The notes: a model not told the origin generated them from the sequence alone. Counted from the stretch's first letter, positions 33,977-44,041 are shown. The stretch is 64,000 nt of DNA from a virus (IMGVR_UViG_2974538492_000001:1-64000), one strand, 5' to 3'. Made by a program: numbers and translations.

Positions 33977-34159
33977 ATGGCTTGTGTTGTATATAAAATT
34001 ATTAAAAAAGGTCAAACATCAATATATGATATTATTATTCATGATGATGAATATTGGTTTGGAACAGCTTTAATTCATGGTGGTGGAATTAGAGAAACGT
34101 TAGAAAAGAGATATCCAGATGATGAGTACAGAATAGACGTACACTTTAGGGTTGATTAA
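33977..34159 (+). CDS. Hypothetical protein, 60 aa
   Basis: RBS aaataaggagtttaacATG. Confidence 0.65.
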   Translation: MACVVYKIIKKGQTSIYDIIIHDDEYWFGTALIHGGGIRETLEKRYPDDEYRIDVHFRVD

Positions 34160-34425
34160 TGTATACTATACACGATAAAATGCTTATTAGAAATATTGCT
34201 GACTTGATTATTGAAGATCCTTCAATGTTTAAAACTATTGGTATTGGTGAAAATGTAACTATAATATTTCCACCAATGAAAGATTTGGTAGAGTACTTAT
34301 ATAGTACTGATTATGTTGATTTAAGTACTATTAAAAGTTTAGTTGCTGATATTTCTGATATATCTGTTCGTAATATATTCCAATCAGCTATAGGACAATG
34401 GAATAATTTAAGAACTTATGAATAA
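34159..34425 (+). CDS. Hypothetical protein, 88 aa
   Basis: TAATG coupling. Confidence 0.6.
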   Translation: MYTIHDKMLIRNIADLIIEDPSMFKTIGIGENVTIIFPPMKDLVEYLYSTDYVDLSTIKSLVADISDISVRNIFQSAIGQWNNLRTYE

Positions 34426-34446
34426 AAAATTCGATTGGGGTTAATA

Positions 34447-34641
34447 ATGGAAAAAACAATATATCTATTTTACTATACAAGTAATGAAATTGTAGACCAT
34501 GATCATGAATACAATTCTGTATATGAAGATGTACATTATAATTTAGGTTCATTTTCAGATTTACAAAACGGATTAGAGTACTATCAAAGTAAGTACCCTG
34601 ATAAAGAAATAAAATATCAAACTGTTCGTCTTAATGATTGA
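34447..34641 (+). CDS. Hypothetical protein, ~64 aa
   Basis: Internal ATG with RBS gattggggttaataATG. Confidence 0.5.
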   Translation: MEKTIYLFYYTSNEIVDHDHEYNSVYEDVHYNLGSFSDLQNGLEYYQSKYPDKEIKYQTVRLND

Positions 34642-34655
34642 ATTGAGGATTAAAC

Positions 34656-34823
34656 ATGAGCTTTGTTGCTTTTCTTATTTGGCTTTTCTTGATGGTAATT
34701 ACCTTCATTAAAGCACGTGACTATGGTCGTTCTAAACTATTATGGGTTGTTATTGGTTTAGTACTATCACCTATTCTTTCACTTATTGGCTTACTAATTT
34801 TGGGGAAATCTTATGACCGTTGA
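34656..34823 (+). CDS. Small membrane protein, 55 aa (MSFVAFLIWLFLMVITFIKARDYGRSKLLWVVIGLVLSPILSLIGLLILGKSYDR)
   Basis: Not in the ORF track; RBS attgaggattaaacATG; two hydrophobic helices; its stop overlaps the next start (ATGACCGTTGA). Confidence 0.55.
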   Translation: MSFVAFLIWLFLMVITFIKARDYGRSKLLWVVIGLVLSPILSLIGLLILGKSYDR

Positions 34824-35238
34824 AATTAAATTAAATGGTAAAACTTATGAATTACCAGATGATATTGATATCATGGATAATCCTAGTGATGACCGTGTTA
34901 TTAAATTAAACTTATCTCGCTCTGATCTGAGTGAAGGTATTTGGATTGTGATTCATGAAAAAGATTTAGAAGATTATAAAAATGGTGTTTTTGATGAAGA
35001 ATACACTCGTGTATGTTCTTTATCAAATCATGCAGTTTGTGGTATTCCGTGGGGTGCATATGTACCATATAAATTACAAGGTACAGAACGTCCAATCTCC
35101 GTATTTGAAGATGTTATTAATACTGAAACCGATGAAGTATATTTTCCGTTTAAAGTACGAGTAGCATACGAAGAAGCTAATTTTGTCGAAGAAGAATTCT
35201 TAGATGAAGAAGCTGACGATCAAGATCTTAAAGATTAA
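34813..35238 (+). CDS. Hypothetical acidic protein, 141 aa
   Basis: Coupled start; followed by a terminator. Confidence 0.7.
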   Translation: MTVEIKLNGKTYELPDDIDIMDNPSDDRVIKLNLSRSDLSEGIWIVIHEKDLEDYKNGVFDEEYTRVCSLSNHAVCGIPWGAYVPYKLQGTERPISVFEDVINTETDEVYFPFKVRVAYEEANFVEEEFLDEEADDQDLKD

Positions 35239-35249
35239 ATTTAATCAAT

Positions 35250-35272
35250 AGCCGAAGAGATTCGGCTTTTTA
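35250..35272 (+). terminator. Rho-independent terminator
   Basis: atAGCCGAAgagattTTCGGCTttttaat. Confidence 0.7.
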
Positions 35273-35284
35273 ATAGGTAATATT

Positions 35285-35638
35285 ATGAGTGAAAGACAAT
35301 TTGGTGAATACCAGCATGAGTTAGAACTGAATGGTAGAATTGATGATATTGATTCACGTCAATCATTTTACAGCAACTTAATTATAATTTATAATCTTGT
35401 AGTAGCTTTCGATGATGATTATTGGTCTGATGATGAAGATGTAGACCCTAACGAACTTTTTAGAAATTATACAACATTAACTCTTGAAGTACTACAAAAT
35501 ATTAAAGATGGTATTAGTATTGATGGTGGTAGTGCTAGTTATGAAATTAATTTTATGTTTGATGTTCTTGAAGGTGGTGATATGAATGATTCATTTGGCA
35601 CTGAAGGTTGGCGTCATAATTTAGGATGGGGAGAATGA
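35285..35638 (+). CDS. Hypothetical acidic protein, 117 aa
   Basis: ORF after the terminator. Confidence 0.65.
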   Translation: MSERQFGEYQHELELNGRIDDIDSRQSFYSNLIIIYNLVVAFDDDYWSDDEDVDPNELFRNYTTLTLEVLQNIKDGISIDGGSASYEINFMFDVLEGGDMNDSFGTEGWRHNLGWGE

Positions 35639-35838
35639 TGGCTATTTTTGGATTAGTTTGTATTATCTATTTTTCAATAGCATTTATTGTATTTTTGCAT
35701 TTTGTATTAACTGAAACATCAGGTAATATATTTGATGGAATTGTATTAATTATTGCGGTAGGTATTGCATGTTTATGGCCTGTATTTTCTGTATATTATA
35801 TATTAGAATGGTATAACAATAAAAAGAGAAAAAAATGA
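35626..35838 (+). CDS. Small membrane protein, 70 aa, 2 TM helices
   Basis: IFGLVCIIYFSIAFIVFLHFVL and IVLIIAVGIACLWPVFSVYYIL; the start may instead be the ATGATG at 35635. Confidence 0.6.
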   Translation: MGRMMAIFGLVCIIYFSIAFIVFLHFVLTETSGNIFDGIVLIIAVGIACLWPVFSVYYILEWYNNKKRKK

Positions 35839-36074
35839 AAAAAATATTGACAGTATTGTTGATTTCTTTTATACTTTCTGGATGTGATGGTAAATCCGAG
35901 AATCGTACTGAAAAATATGATTTACCAACTGAATTAAAAGATTGTCAGATATATAAACTCACTTCTAATAGTACAAGTAAGACGTTGTATGTAGTACGCT
36001 GCCCTAATTCATCTACACAAACAACATTTAATTCTGGCAAAAATAACAGTACTTCAACTTCTTATAATGAGTGA
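35835..36074 (+). CDS. Lipoprotein, 79 aa
   Basis: MKKILTVLLISFILSGC: signal peptide with LSGC lipobox. Confidence 0.7.
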   Translation: MKKILTVLLISFILSGCDGKSENRTEKYDLPTELKDCQIYKLTSNSTSKTLYVVRCPNSSTQTTFNSGKNNSTSTSYNE

Positions 36075-36441
36075 TAAAAATATGGAAAAAGTATATGTAT
36101 CGGTAGATGGAATTGAATTTAGTTCTAAAGAAGATTTATTAGAATATCAAAAGTTAGCAGAGTTAGCAGGTAATGACTTTGCTGAAAAACGTAGACAGTA
36201 CTTAATACTTAAAGAAATTTCTAATAATGCGTTAAATGAACTATTGAAATTTCAAGAAGAATGTACGCATGAATATGTTCAAATACGAGCACGTTCAAAC
36301 ACTGGTAACTATGACCCTTCACAAAATTCATATTGGTATGAAATAAAATGTAAGTGTTGTAATAAACGGTGGGACGAAGATCAATCTGATTCTCAATACA
36401 GAGGAAAATTAGATGATAAAAAAGTTGAAAGGATACGATAA
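36067..36441 (+). CDS. Hypothetical protein, 124 aa, C-terminal Cys pairs (CTHEY...CKCCNKRW)
   Basis: Possible Zn-binding protein. Confidence 0.6.
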   Translation: MSDKNMEKVYVSVDGIEFSSKEDLLEYQKLAELAGNDFAEKRRQYLILKEISNNALNELLKFQEECTHEYVQIRARSNTGNYDPSQNSYWYEIKCKCCNKRWDEDQSDSQYRGKLDDKKVERIR

Positions 36442-36671
36442 TGATAGTAGCAATGAGTATTACTAGTGAATCAAGTGATCACTATTTGGAATTATTTGTT
36501 GATAAAACAGTAGAACAAATCAAAGAAGAATTATATGACAATATGGAAATGTATGAACCAGTTAGTGATTATGCAGTAACCTTTGATGATAATACTACAC
36601 CATCTGAAAAAACGCAAGTTGAAACCATGTTATCAGATTGGTATAACCACTCGTGGGGGAATGATGAATAA
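36441..36671 (+). CDS. Hypothetical acidic protein, 76 aa
   Basis: TAATG coupling. Confidence 0.55.
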   Translation: MIVAMSITSESSDHYLELFVDKTVEQIKEELYDNMEMYEPVSDYAVTFDDNTTPSEKTQVETMLSDWYNHSWGNDE

Positions 36672-36918
36672 CGAAAAATCAGGAATTGAATACACTTTAC
36701 TTGAAAGTTGGGAAGGGTGGGACGAATATGGTATATCAGATTTATATTTTTATAATGTAAAGCTTAACGTTGAAATATTTGGTGAAGATTTCATTAAACA
36801 ATATGTAGGACGTACATTAAATTTAGGTATGTATCTTTCAACTAGTACTATTGAAGTTTATGTTTCTGGTGAAGATGATCCAGTATTGATTAAAAATGTG
36901 AAATTATGTTTAGTCTGA
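36661..36918 (+). CDS. Hypothetical protein, ~85 aa
   Basis: Internal ATGATG with RBS tcgtgggggaATG, preferred over the ORF track start at 36583. Confidence 0.5.
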   Translation: MMNNEKSGIEYTLLESWEGWDEYGISDLYFYNVKLNVEIFGEDFIKQYVGRTLNLGMYLSTSTIEVYVSGEDDPVLIKNVKLCLV

Positions 36919-36951
36919 GTCTTTGACTCAGTTTTAATTAAGGAAACTTAT

Positions 36952-37203
36952 ATGGCAATTTTTATTGTATTATATTTGGTTGGATTTATTTCAACTATTA
37001 TGTATTATATTATGTATAAAATTAAATGTGTTGAAAATGGTTCAGTTTCATTTGGTGATATTATTTTTTGTTTTATATTATCATCATTTGGGTGGATGTT
37101 AGTACCACTAATTGTATGTGCTGAAATTATTGAGAACAATTATGGTTCAAGAATTAATAAATTTTTTAGTACTCCATTATTTAAAGCTAAAGGTGATTTG
37201 TGA
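36952..37203 (+). CDS. Small membrane protein, 83 aa, 2 TM helices
   Basis: IFIVLYLVGFISTIMYYIMY and IIFCFILSSFGWMLVPLIVCAEII. Confidence 0.6.
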   Translation: MAIFIVLYLVGFISTIMYYIMYKIKCVENGSVSFGDIIFCFILSSFGWMLVPLIVCAEIIENNYGSRINKFFSTPLFKAKGDL

Positions 37204-37979
37204 AATATGTAAAAGTACTGGATATTCCAGATGAAAAAAATGTTTATATAATTGGTGATATTCATGGTAATTTTGAACTATTTCAAAAGACGTTACATGA
37301 ATTAGGAATTACTGATGATGATGTATTAATTAGTGTAGGTGATTTAGTTGATCGTGGTAGAAATAATTCTAAAATGTTATTTGAATTTTTGAATAAAGAA
37401 AACCGATATATGGTATTAGGTAATCACGAAGATATGATGATGCGTGGTCGTACTAGCCGTGAATGGTATTTCAACTGGTTACAAAATGGTGGACAAACTA
37501 CATTAGATGAAATAGGTTCACCTGGAATTAACCATTTTTGTACTTTACTTGAAGATGTACCTCATATTATTGAAGTTAATCATCGTGGGTATAAATTGGG
37601 AATTGCACATGCTGGGATTCCAAATTATCCAAACGTAAGTGATTGGGAAACTATAAAGAAATGGACAGAAGAACATGGTGATTATAGACATCAACTTCTT
37701 TGGGATAGAGATGCTATTCAAATGGCTCGATATGACTTTGAATTACCAGATAATGAAAAATTAGAAAGAATTATTTCTGGTGTTGACTATGTTATTCATG
37801 GACATACAGGTGTTCCTCATAAGTTTGCATTTGGTAATAGAGTATGGATTGATACCCAATTCCGTAGTGGTCAATTTACTATTGCAACAATTGATGATGA
37901 CCATTTAATGAAGTACTACACGGTTGTACCCGATGAATGGGGTGCAGAAGTTGGTTATGAAATAAAGGAAACAAAATAA
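37200..37979 (+). CDS. Ser/Thr protein phosphatase, lambda-PPase/PrpA family (calcineurin-like metallophosphoesterase)
   Basis: GDIHG, GDLVDRG, GNHE and a later GH motif, co-linear with lambda phosphatase. Confidence 0.85.
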   Translation: MKYVKVLDIPDEKNVYIIGDIHGNFELFQKTLHELGITDDDVLISVGDLVDRGRNNSKMLFEFLNKENRYMVLGNHEDMMMRGRTSREWYFNWLQNGGQTTLDEIGSPGINHFCTLLEDVPHIIEVNHRGYKLGIAHAGIPNYPNVSDWETIKKWTEEHGDYRHQLLWDRDAIQMARYDFELPDNEKLERIISGVDYVIHGHTGVPHKFAFGNRVWIDTQFRSGQFTIATIDDDHLMKYYTVVPDEWGAEVGYEIKETK

Positions 37980-38461
37980 TGCGTTTATATAGTATTACAA
38001 ATATGTACACTGATGGTATTCATGCAGGTATACAAACACAACATAGTACTGTTCGTTTATTCGTGAAGTATGATAAATCTCGTGGGGATTCTTTTCCACA
38101 AGAAGATATGTTATATGAATGGGCATACAATCATGAAACCACTGTAGTACTTAATGGTGGTATGCATGATTCACTTAAATCAGTACTTACAATTTTGGAA
38201 GAATGGGAACGACATAATGTAAATGAAGTACTTCCATTTGCACAGTTTTGGGAACCAGGTATTAACAATGCATTGACTAGTATTTGTATTATTATGCCAC
38301 AAGATGCTATTGATTTTATGTCTGAAATTCGTGCAAAGAAACCACGTAATGATATTATGACTCCTGAATATACAGAGTTATATCATAATATTCGAGTAGC
38401 ATATGGAAATCATGCTTTCAAATTATTTGAAACAGTTGCATTCTTACCACTAGCAAAATAA
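37979..38461 (+). CDS. Hypothetical protein, 160 aa
   Basis: TAATG coupling to the phosphatase gene. Confidence 0.65.
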   Translation: MRLYSITNMYTDGIHAGIQTQHSTVRLFVKYDKSRGDSFPQEDMLYEWAYNHETTVVLNGGMHDSLKSVLTILEEWERHNVNEVLPFAQFWEPGINNALTSICIIMPQDAIDFMSEIRAKKPRNDIMTPEYTELYHNIRVAYGNHAFKLFETVAFLPLAK

Positions 38462-38470
38462 GGTAAATTT

Positions 38471-39700
38471 ATGAGTACTAAAATCCCTGAGAAGTTTTAT
38501 GTTTCACGTGTATACCGTAGTACAGAAGAAATTCTAGGTTTCATGGTAGTTGCTGATAATGAAAGTACTAAGACATTTCAAAAAGCCAAAGAACGTGCTG
38601 ATAGTTGGACACATAATTCTTCTAATCCATTGTCCCCACTTTATGTTGATAACACTCCACGTTCTGGTTTCCGTTTAGTTACAAATGTAAGTCGTTATAG
38701 TACTTCCAATGTGGTATGGCGTATTATGCACCCTGAAGGTTTTGAATTTGAAATCACTTCTGATAACATGTGTGACCTTTTAGAAACTAATACTATTGTT
38801 GAAGGTGAATTCCAAGATGAATTATTCTTCACACACAATCGTAAATTAGTTAATCAGAAGACTAAACTCTTTGCTGAAATGATTCGTCAAGAAGAAAAGA
38901 AAAAAGAAACTATTGAAAAAGTTAAAGAATTAGAACCTGGATGTATTATTGCTGTACCTAATCAGTACAGTTATCGTAATCCACCACCTCCACCTGATAA
39001 GTATGTGTACTGTGGTAAGTTCCATTCTATTAATGTTAATAGTAATAACCCGATGGTTCTTGGAGCAAAGAGTTCTTTGCGTTATGTAGTTCGTGAAGTA
39101 AGTACTGGTAACTATTATTGCCTATCTAAAATTTCTAGTGAATTTACTGCGTTGAATATACATGAAGATATTGACCGTGAAAAGGTTATACGAGAATTCA
39201 ATGAGCAGATTCGTAGTGATAAGGTACATGTTGTACGTTATTATCAAACTGGATATGTGAAAAATGCAGTTGACCCAGTTCTTATTAATGAAAAACCATT
39301 TACTAAAGATAAATTAAAAATGGAATTCATTAAACAACCTATGAAAGATATTTCAGTAATTGATGATACAAAAATCTATGTTTATAATGAACAACGAGTT
39401 TTTGGATTCGGACTTATGAATAATGGTGGTCATTTGTATGTTAACACAGATAAAAATGCGTACAGTAATCATAGCATGGTAGCTTCTAAACTATTAGTAT
39501 ATCCAATTTCATCTATTGATGAATGTAATGTTCCTCAAATTAATGTTGATTTGTCTAAACATAAAGGAATTGATAATTATAATTCTAGTAGTTCTGCATT
39601 CGGAACACGAGATCGATATGGTCGTGTTGGTAATAATAAACCAGAATTGCGTTATGTAGATATTCCAGAAAACATTGAAGTAGGATATTACACTTTATAA
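38471..39700 (+). CDS. Hypothetical protein, 409 aa, with a poly-Pro segment (NPPPPPD)
   Basis: Large ORF, no motif recognised. Confidence 0.75.
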   Translation: MSTKIPEKFYVSRVYRSTEEILGFMVVADNESTKTFQKAKERADSWTHNSSNPLSPLYVDNTPRSGFRLVTNVSRYSTSNVVWRIMHPEGFEFEITSDNMCDLLETNTIVEGEFQDELFFTHNRKLVNQKTKLFAEMIRQEEKKKETIEKVKELEPGCIIAVPNQYSYRNPPPPPDKYVYCGKFHSINVNSNNPMVLGAKSSLRYVVREVSTGNYYCLSKISSEFTALNIHEDIDREKVIREFNEQIRSDKVHVVRYYQTGYVKNAVDPVLINEKPFTKDKLKMEFIKQPMKDISVIDDTKIYVYNEQRVFGFGLMNNGGHLYVNTDKNAYSNHSMVASKLLVYPISSIDECNVPQINVDLSKHKGIDNYNSSSSAFGTRDRYGRVGNNKPELRYVDIPENIEVGYYTL

Positions 39701-39745
39701 AATAAATGACGTATTAAATATAGCATTGGGATAGGGAGATCTAAA

Positions 39746-40591
39746 ATGCCAAGGAAACAAATTATAAAAAAAGAACTCAATGATAAATTTTATACAAATC
39801 CAAAAATAGCAGAATATTATTTTAATGAATTGAAAAATATTTTACAACAATTTAATATTAATGTTGACTATTTCGTCGAGCCTAGTGCGGGTTCGGGGTC
39901 TTTTTCATCATTATTATCAGAAAATGATTTTGCATTTGATCTAATTCCTGAGCAACTATATGATGGAATTTTAATAAAAGAGCAAGATTGGTTTACTGTA
40001 ACTGAAAATGATTTAAAAGATGGTAAAATGTGTATTATTGGAAATCCACCATTTGGAAATAGAAATGATTTATCAAAAGGTTTTATTAAACATGCTTGTA
40101 AATTAAGTACTTGCAAAGTTATCGCATTTGTGCTACCATCTGTTTTTGATAAATTAACTATGCAAAAAGTATTTAATGATGAATGGAAATTAATCTATAA
40201 TAATTCGTTACCAGAAAATTCTTTCATTTTAGATAGTGATCCTTATCATGTACCGTGTGTATTTCATGTATGGGTGAGAGATACCGAAGATGAAATTTCA
40301 ACAAATTTGCGTGAAAAAGAAATTCCATTAGAAAATGGCATCATTGAATTTTGTTCAAAAGATGAAGCTACACATTTTGTTTTTGGGGCTGCACCACATA
40401 AAGTCATTGACAAAGATGCAGTACTAAGTAATAATAGAGGGTATTATTTCAAGTGTATAATGAATGAAGATAATGTAGTTGATTTATTTCGTACTATTTC
40501 TTGGAAAGACTACGGAAAAAGTTCAGTAAACGGTGGCGTATTTTGGGTCACTAAACAACAAATCGTAAAAATTATAACCAATATAGGATAA
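39746..40591 (+). CDS. gamma-class N6-adenine DNA methyltransferase (TaqI/Eco57I-like)
   Basis: FYTNPK (like the ETPP motif X), FVEPSAGSGSF (motif I, SAM binding), IIGNPPFG (motif IV), in the gamma-class order. Confidence 0.75.
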   Translation: MPRKQIIKKELNDKFYTNPKIAEYYFNELKNILQQFNINVDYFVEPSAGSGSFSSLLSENDFAFDLIPEQLYDGILIKEQDWFTVTENDLKDGKMCIIGNPPFGNRNDLSKGFIKHACKLSTCKVIAFVLPSVFDKLTMQKVFNDEWKLIYNNSLPENSFILDSDPYHVPCVFHVWVRDTEDEISTNLREKEIPLENGIIEFCSKDEATHFVFGAAPHKVIDKDAVLSNNRGYYFKCIMNEDNVVDLFRTISWKDYGKSSVNGGVFWVTKQQIVKIITNIG

Positions 40592-40596
40592 AATAT

Positions 40597-41031
40597 ATGT
40601 TTCATAATTTCGCAGAAATTCAGACAGCACAACTAAATGGTTTAGGAATGAATAACGTAAGTCGGAGTATTTTTCCACAATTTAAATCATTAAACAATCT
40701 ATCTCAAGATACATCACGTGGTTCTAATATCATTCAAGCAGTTGAATTTGGTAATAAAGTATATGGATTTTCTGTTATTAATAATTTATCCGATATTAAA
40801 ACCATTTCAATTCGTCAAAATTACAAATATGATGGTATGTTTATTGCAGAATTAAAAACTGGTAATGTTTATTCTGTAACTAATAATAACTTTATTATGG
40901 GAAGCATCACCCGCAAAACCGCTAAAAGTGGTGTGAATGCTTTGAATACAATTATTAATACTGATAGTTTACTTAAGGTTAATCTAAATCTATATCCAGC
41001 GGTTTCTGATAAACTTCTTGAGGAAATTTAA
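40597..41031 (+). CDS. Hypothetical protein, 144 aa
   Basis: Follows the methyltransferase directly; its stop overlaps the ligase start (TAATG). Confidence 0.65.
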   Translation: MFHNFAEIQTAQLNGLGMNNVSRSIFPQFKSLNNLSQDTSRGSNIIQAVEFGNKVYGFSVINNLSDIKTISIRQNYKYDGMFIAELKTGNVYSVTNNNFIMGSITRKTAKSGVNALNTIINTDSLLKVNLNLYPAVSDKLLEEI

Positions 41032-42446
41032 TGAATATTTTAGATATTCTTTTAAAAATTAAAGAAACTGCAAGTACTAATTCAAAGAAAGATATTCTTA
41101 AAGAACACATTGATAATGAAGATTTGCGTCGGGTAATTAAACTTGCACTTGAACCTTCTATTGTTAGTGGTATTAAGAAAATACCTGAACCAATTAGTAC
41201 TGACAAAAGTCTTACATTATCAGAAGCACTAACATCATTAGACGCACTTTATACTCGTACTGTAACGGGTAACGCTGCTCGGACATATCTTGGAGAATTA
41301 TTAGGTTCAGTTAATGAGTTTGATGCAGATATTATCCGTCGTGTAGTACTAAAGAACTTAGATTGTGGTATTCAAGAAAAAAATGCTAATGATGTATTTG
41401 GTAAGCAATTTATCAAAGATGAACCGTATATGCGTTGTTCATTGGTAGATGAAAAAACAGTTAAAAATATTACATCTTTTAAAACTCATGGTTATGCAGT
41501 TGTTGAAACCAAGATGGATGGACAATATCTTAACAGTACTGTAGTAAATGATTCACTACTTTGTACATCACGTAATGGTAAGATTTATGATTTTCTTGGT
41601 ATGAAAGATGCTGATATGCTTCGTTTAGCTAAGAATGTTCAAGAATTAGATTCACGATTTAGTTCTGGTGTAGTATTCAATGGTGAATGCTTAGTCATGG
41701 GTGATGATGGTAACGTAGTTAATCGTGAAACTGGTAATGGTATTATTCAAAAAGCTGGTAAAGATACTATGTCTGATTCAGAAGCAATGCGTGTAGTATT
41801 TGTATTGTGGGATATTATACCGTATGATGCATTCTGTGATGGTATATGGGAAGTTGAAAGAAAAGAACGTCGTGAAATATTAGAACAAGCAATTAGTACT
41901 TTAGAATCTGAATTTGTTCGTCTAGTACAATATCGTAAAGTAAAAGATATTGGAGAAGCATTTGATTTCAATACTGAAATGATTGATTCTGGTGAAGAAG
42001 GTTCAGTACTTAAATGTGAAAGTGGTATTTGGAAATCTCATACATCACCAAAGCAATTGAAAATGAAATTGAAGATGCAATTTGATTTGCGTATTGTTGG
42101 TTTCACTGAAGGTGAAGGTAAGCGTAAGGGGATGGTAGGTGCTATTTTGCTTGAATCTGAAGATGGCATTATCACTGTAGGTTGTGGTACTGGTATTAAG
42201 GAAAAAGATCATGAATGGACATTCCAAACAATTTGGGATAAACGGGATGAACTTATTGGTAAAATTGTTATGGTTGAAAGTAATTCATTGACCAAAGAAA
42301 AACGTACTGGTAAAATGAGTATCTTCTTACCATCATTCCAAGAATTCCGTTTTGATAAAGATGTAGCTGATACATATGAACGTATTCTTGAAATTCGGGA
42401 ATCCGCAGTTCATGTTCTTCGTGAAAAGTTGGCACGGTTAGAATGA
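41031..42446 (+). CDS. 30: ATP-dependent DNA ligase (T4 gp30 family)
   Basis: MNILDILLKIKETASTNSKKDILKEH resembles the T4 ligase MILKILNEIASIGSTKQKQAILEKN; adenylation motif ETKMDGQ (KxDG); co-linear over ~470 aa. Confidence 0.9.
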   Translation: MNILDILLKIKETASTNSKKDILKEHIDNEDLRRVIKLALEPSIVSGIKKIPEPISTDKSLTLSEALTSLDALYTRTVTGNAARTYLGELLGSVNEFDADIIRRVVLKNLDCGIQEKNANDVFGKQFIKDEPYMRCSLVDEKTVKNITSFKTHGYAVVETKMDGQYLNSTVVNDSLLCTSRNGKIYDFLGMKDADMLRLAKNVQELDSRFSSGVVFNGECLVMGDDGNVVNRETGNGIIQKAGKDTMSDSEAMRVVFVLWDIIPYDAFCDGIWEVERKERREILEQAISTLESEFVRLVQYRKVKDIGEAFDFNTEMIDSGEEGSVLKCESGIWKSHTSPKQLKMKLKMQFDLRIVGFTEGEGKRKGMVGAILLESEDGIITVGCGTGIKEKDHEWTFQTIWDKRDELIGKIVMVESNSLTKEKRTGKMSIFLPSFQEFRFDKDVADTYERILEIRESAVHVLREKLARLE

Positions 42447-42820
42447 TAATTTATACTAAAAGTTCTTTTATGGAGCCTAAACAGGTTCTATATTTTGTAC
42501 CATATTTGGACAAACATAGTTCATGGAACGGAATTATTGATTTTAAATTAATTCTCCAAAGCGAATTTATTTCAATTATTGATGTGGATACAAATGAAAA
42601 TTATATTATAAAAAATCGATACGAACGTATTGACAATACTTGGAATTCTGGTACACTATTATCATTAATGCGAGATGAGATTCAAATTGGTTCTGAAACT
42701 GAAGGGACTCGACATTCCTACAGTACTAAATTTAGATACAGTCCAAAATTGAATATTTCATCTTGTGAAAACTTTGAAGAATATATAAAGGCTCTATATG
42801 AAATTCACAGAAATTTCTGA
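42443..42820 (+). CDS. Hypothetical protein, 125 aa
   Basis: ATGA overlap with the ligase stop. Confidence 0.55.
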   Translation: MIIYTKSSFMEPKQVLYFVPYLDKHSSWNGIIDFKLILQSEFISIIDVDTNENYIIKNRYERIDNTWNSGTLLSLMRDEIQIGSETEGTRHSYSTKFRYSPKLNISSCENFEEYIKALYEIHRNF

Positions 42821-43601
42821 TATTCATGGTGAAATTGATTTCATAAAAGATATACCAGATCAAAAAGATACAATTCTTCTTATCCCTGGTGATATACATG
42901 AAGTAAAAACATTTTCAGCTTATAGAACAATAATTGAAATACTTGTTAACAAGTATAAAGAAGTTGTTATGGTTCCTGGAAATCATGAATATTATAAAAG
43001 TAATGTAACAAAAGTACATCGCAAATTAAAAGAACTTGATGATGAGTTCAGTACTTTTCATTTCTTGCAAGATGATTTTAGAATTTTCGAAGAAGGTGAT
43101 GAAAAGGTTCTAGTACTTGGTGGAACATTATGGACTGACTTTGAAAATGGAAATCCCTTGACAAAGTTGATGGCAAAGAGTATGATGAATGATTACCGAT
43201 ACATTAGGCATGGAACACCAGAATATTATTGGGGTCGTAAATTGATTCCTGATGATGTTGAATTTTTTCATTACAAAACTAAAAATTTTATTAAAAAATG
43301 TATTGACGAACATCGTGTTTTGTGCGATAATATAAAAACAATTGTAATGACGCATCATGCTCCATCATATCAAAGCGTTTCTGCACAATATCAAGATAGT
43401 AGTGCAAATGCATTTTATTGTTCAAATATGGATTATTATATTGGAGATATAAATCCAAATATATGGATTCATGGACATACTCATACTTCCCATGATTATA
43501 TGATTGGGAATACTCGTATTATTTGTAATCCAAGAGGATATGGTACTGGAAATGCTTATGAGAATAAAAAATTTAACAGTACTCTAACGTTTGAGGTATA
43601 A
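42798..43601 (+). CDS. Calcineurin-like metallophosphoesterase, 267 aa
   Basis: SDIHGE, PGDIHE, PGNHEYY and a later HGHTH motif. Confidence 0.75.
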   Translation: MKFTEISDIHGEIDFIKDIPDQKDTILLIPGDIHEVKTFSAYRTIIEILVNKYKEVVMVPGNHEYYKSNVTKVHRKLKELDDEFSTFHFLQDDFRIFEEGDEKVLVLGGTLWTDFENGNPLTKLMAKSMMNDYRYIRHGTPEYYWGRKLIPDDVEFFHYKTKNFIKKCIDEHRVLCDNIKTIVMTHHAPSYQSVSAQYQDSSANAFYCSNMDYYIGDINPNIWIHGHTHTSHDYMIGNTRIICNPRGYGTGNAYENKKFNSTLTFEV

Positions 43602-43603
43602 TC

Positions 43604-44029
43604 ATGGGTAGTTCAGACTCATTAATCAAATTAATGTCAATGGTTACTAATAATGCAAAAGTAACTATCAATAACCAAACAATGTCATTTAGCGAAATGA
43701 TTGTGAAAAAAACTTCTGATGGTGGAACCGTGGTAATGATTGACGGTGTACCTGCTGTTGGTGATGATGTAATTATCAACATTGAAGTTAACGGTGATGT
43801 TCAATCTATAACATTAGGTTCTGGTACTGTAAAATGTGCTAATGTTACAAATGGTATTAAAACAGTCTCAGGTGATATATTCTGTGAAAATGTTTATGGA
43901 AATATTACCAGTACATCAGGTGATGTACAATGTGATGACGTAGCTGGAAATATAAGTACAGTTTCGGGAGATATAAATTGTGATGATATTGGCGGGAACG
44001 CAAGTACAATATCTGGAAACATTTACTAA
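43604..44029 (+). CDS. Repeat protein with ~18-aa beta-strand-type repeats (SGDIxCxxVxGNIST), DUF4097/putative-adhesin-like
   Basis: VSGDIFCENVYGNITSTSGDVQCDDVAGNISTVSGDINCDDIGGNASTISGNIY. Confidence 0.6.
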   Translation: MGSSDSLIKLMSMVTNNAKVTINNQTMSFSEMIVKKTSDGGTVVMIDGVPAVGDDVIINIEVNGDVQSITLGSGTVKCANVTNGIKTVSGDIFCENVYGNITSTSGDVQCDDVAGNISTVSGDINCDDIGGNASTISGNIY

Positions 44030-44041
44030 TAAGGATAAATT

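Noticed and set aside
34982-35164. 60-aa alternative-frame ORF inside 34813..35238
   Set aside because: It is nested in a different frame with no RBS.
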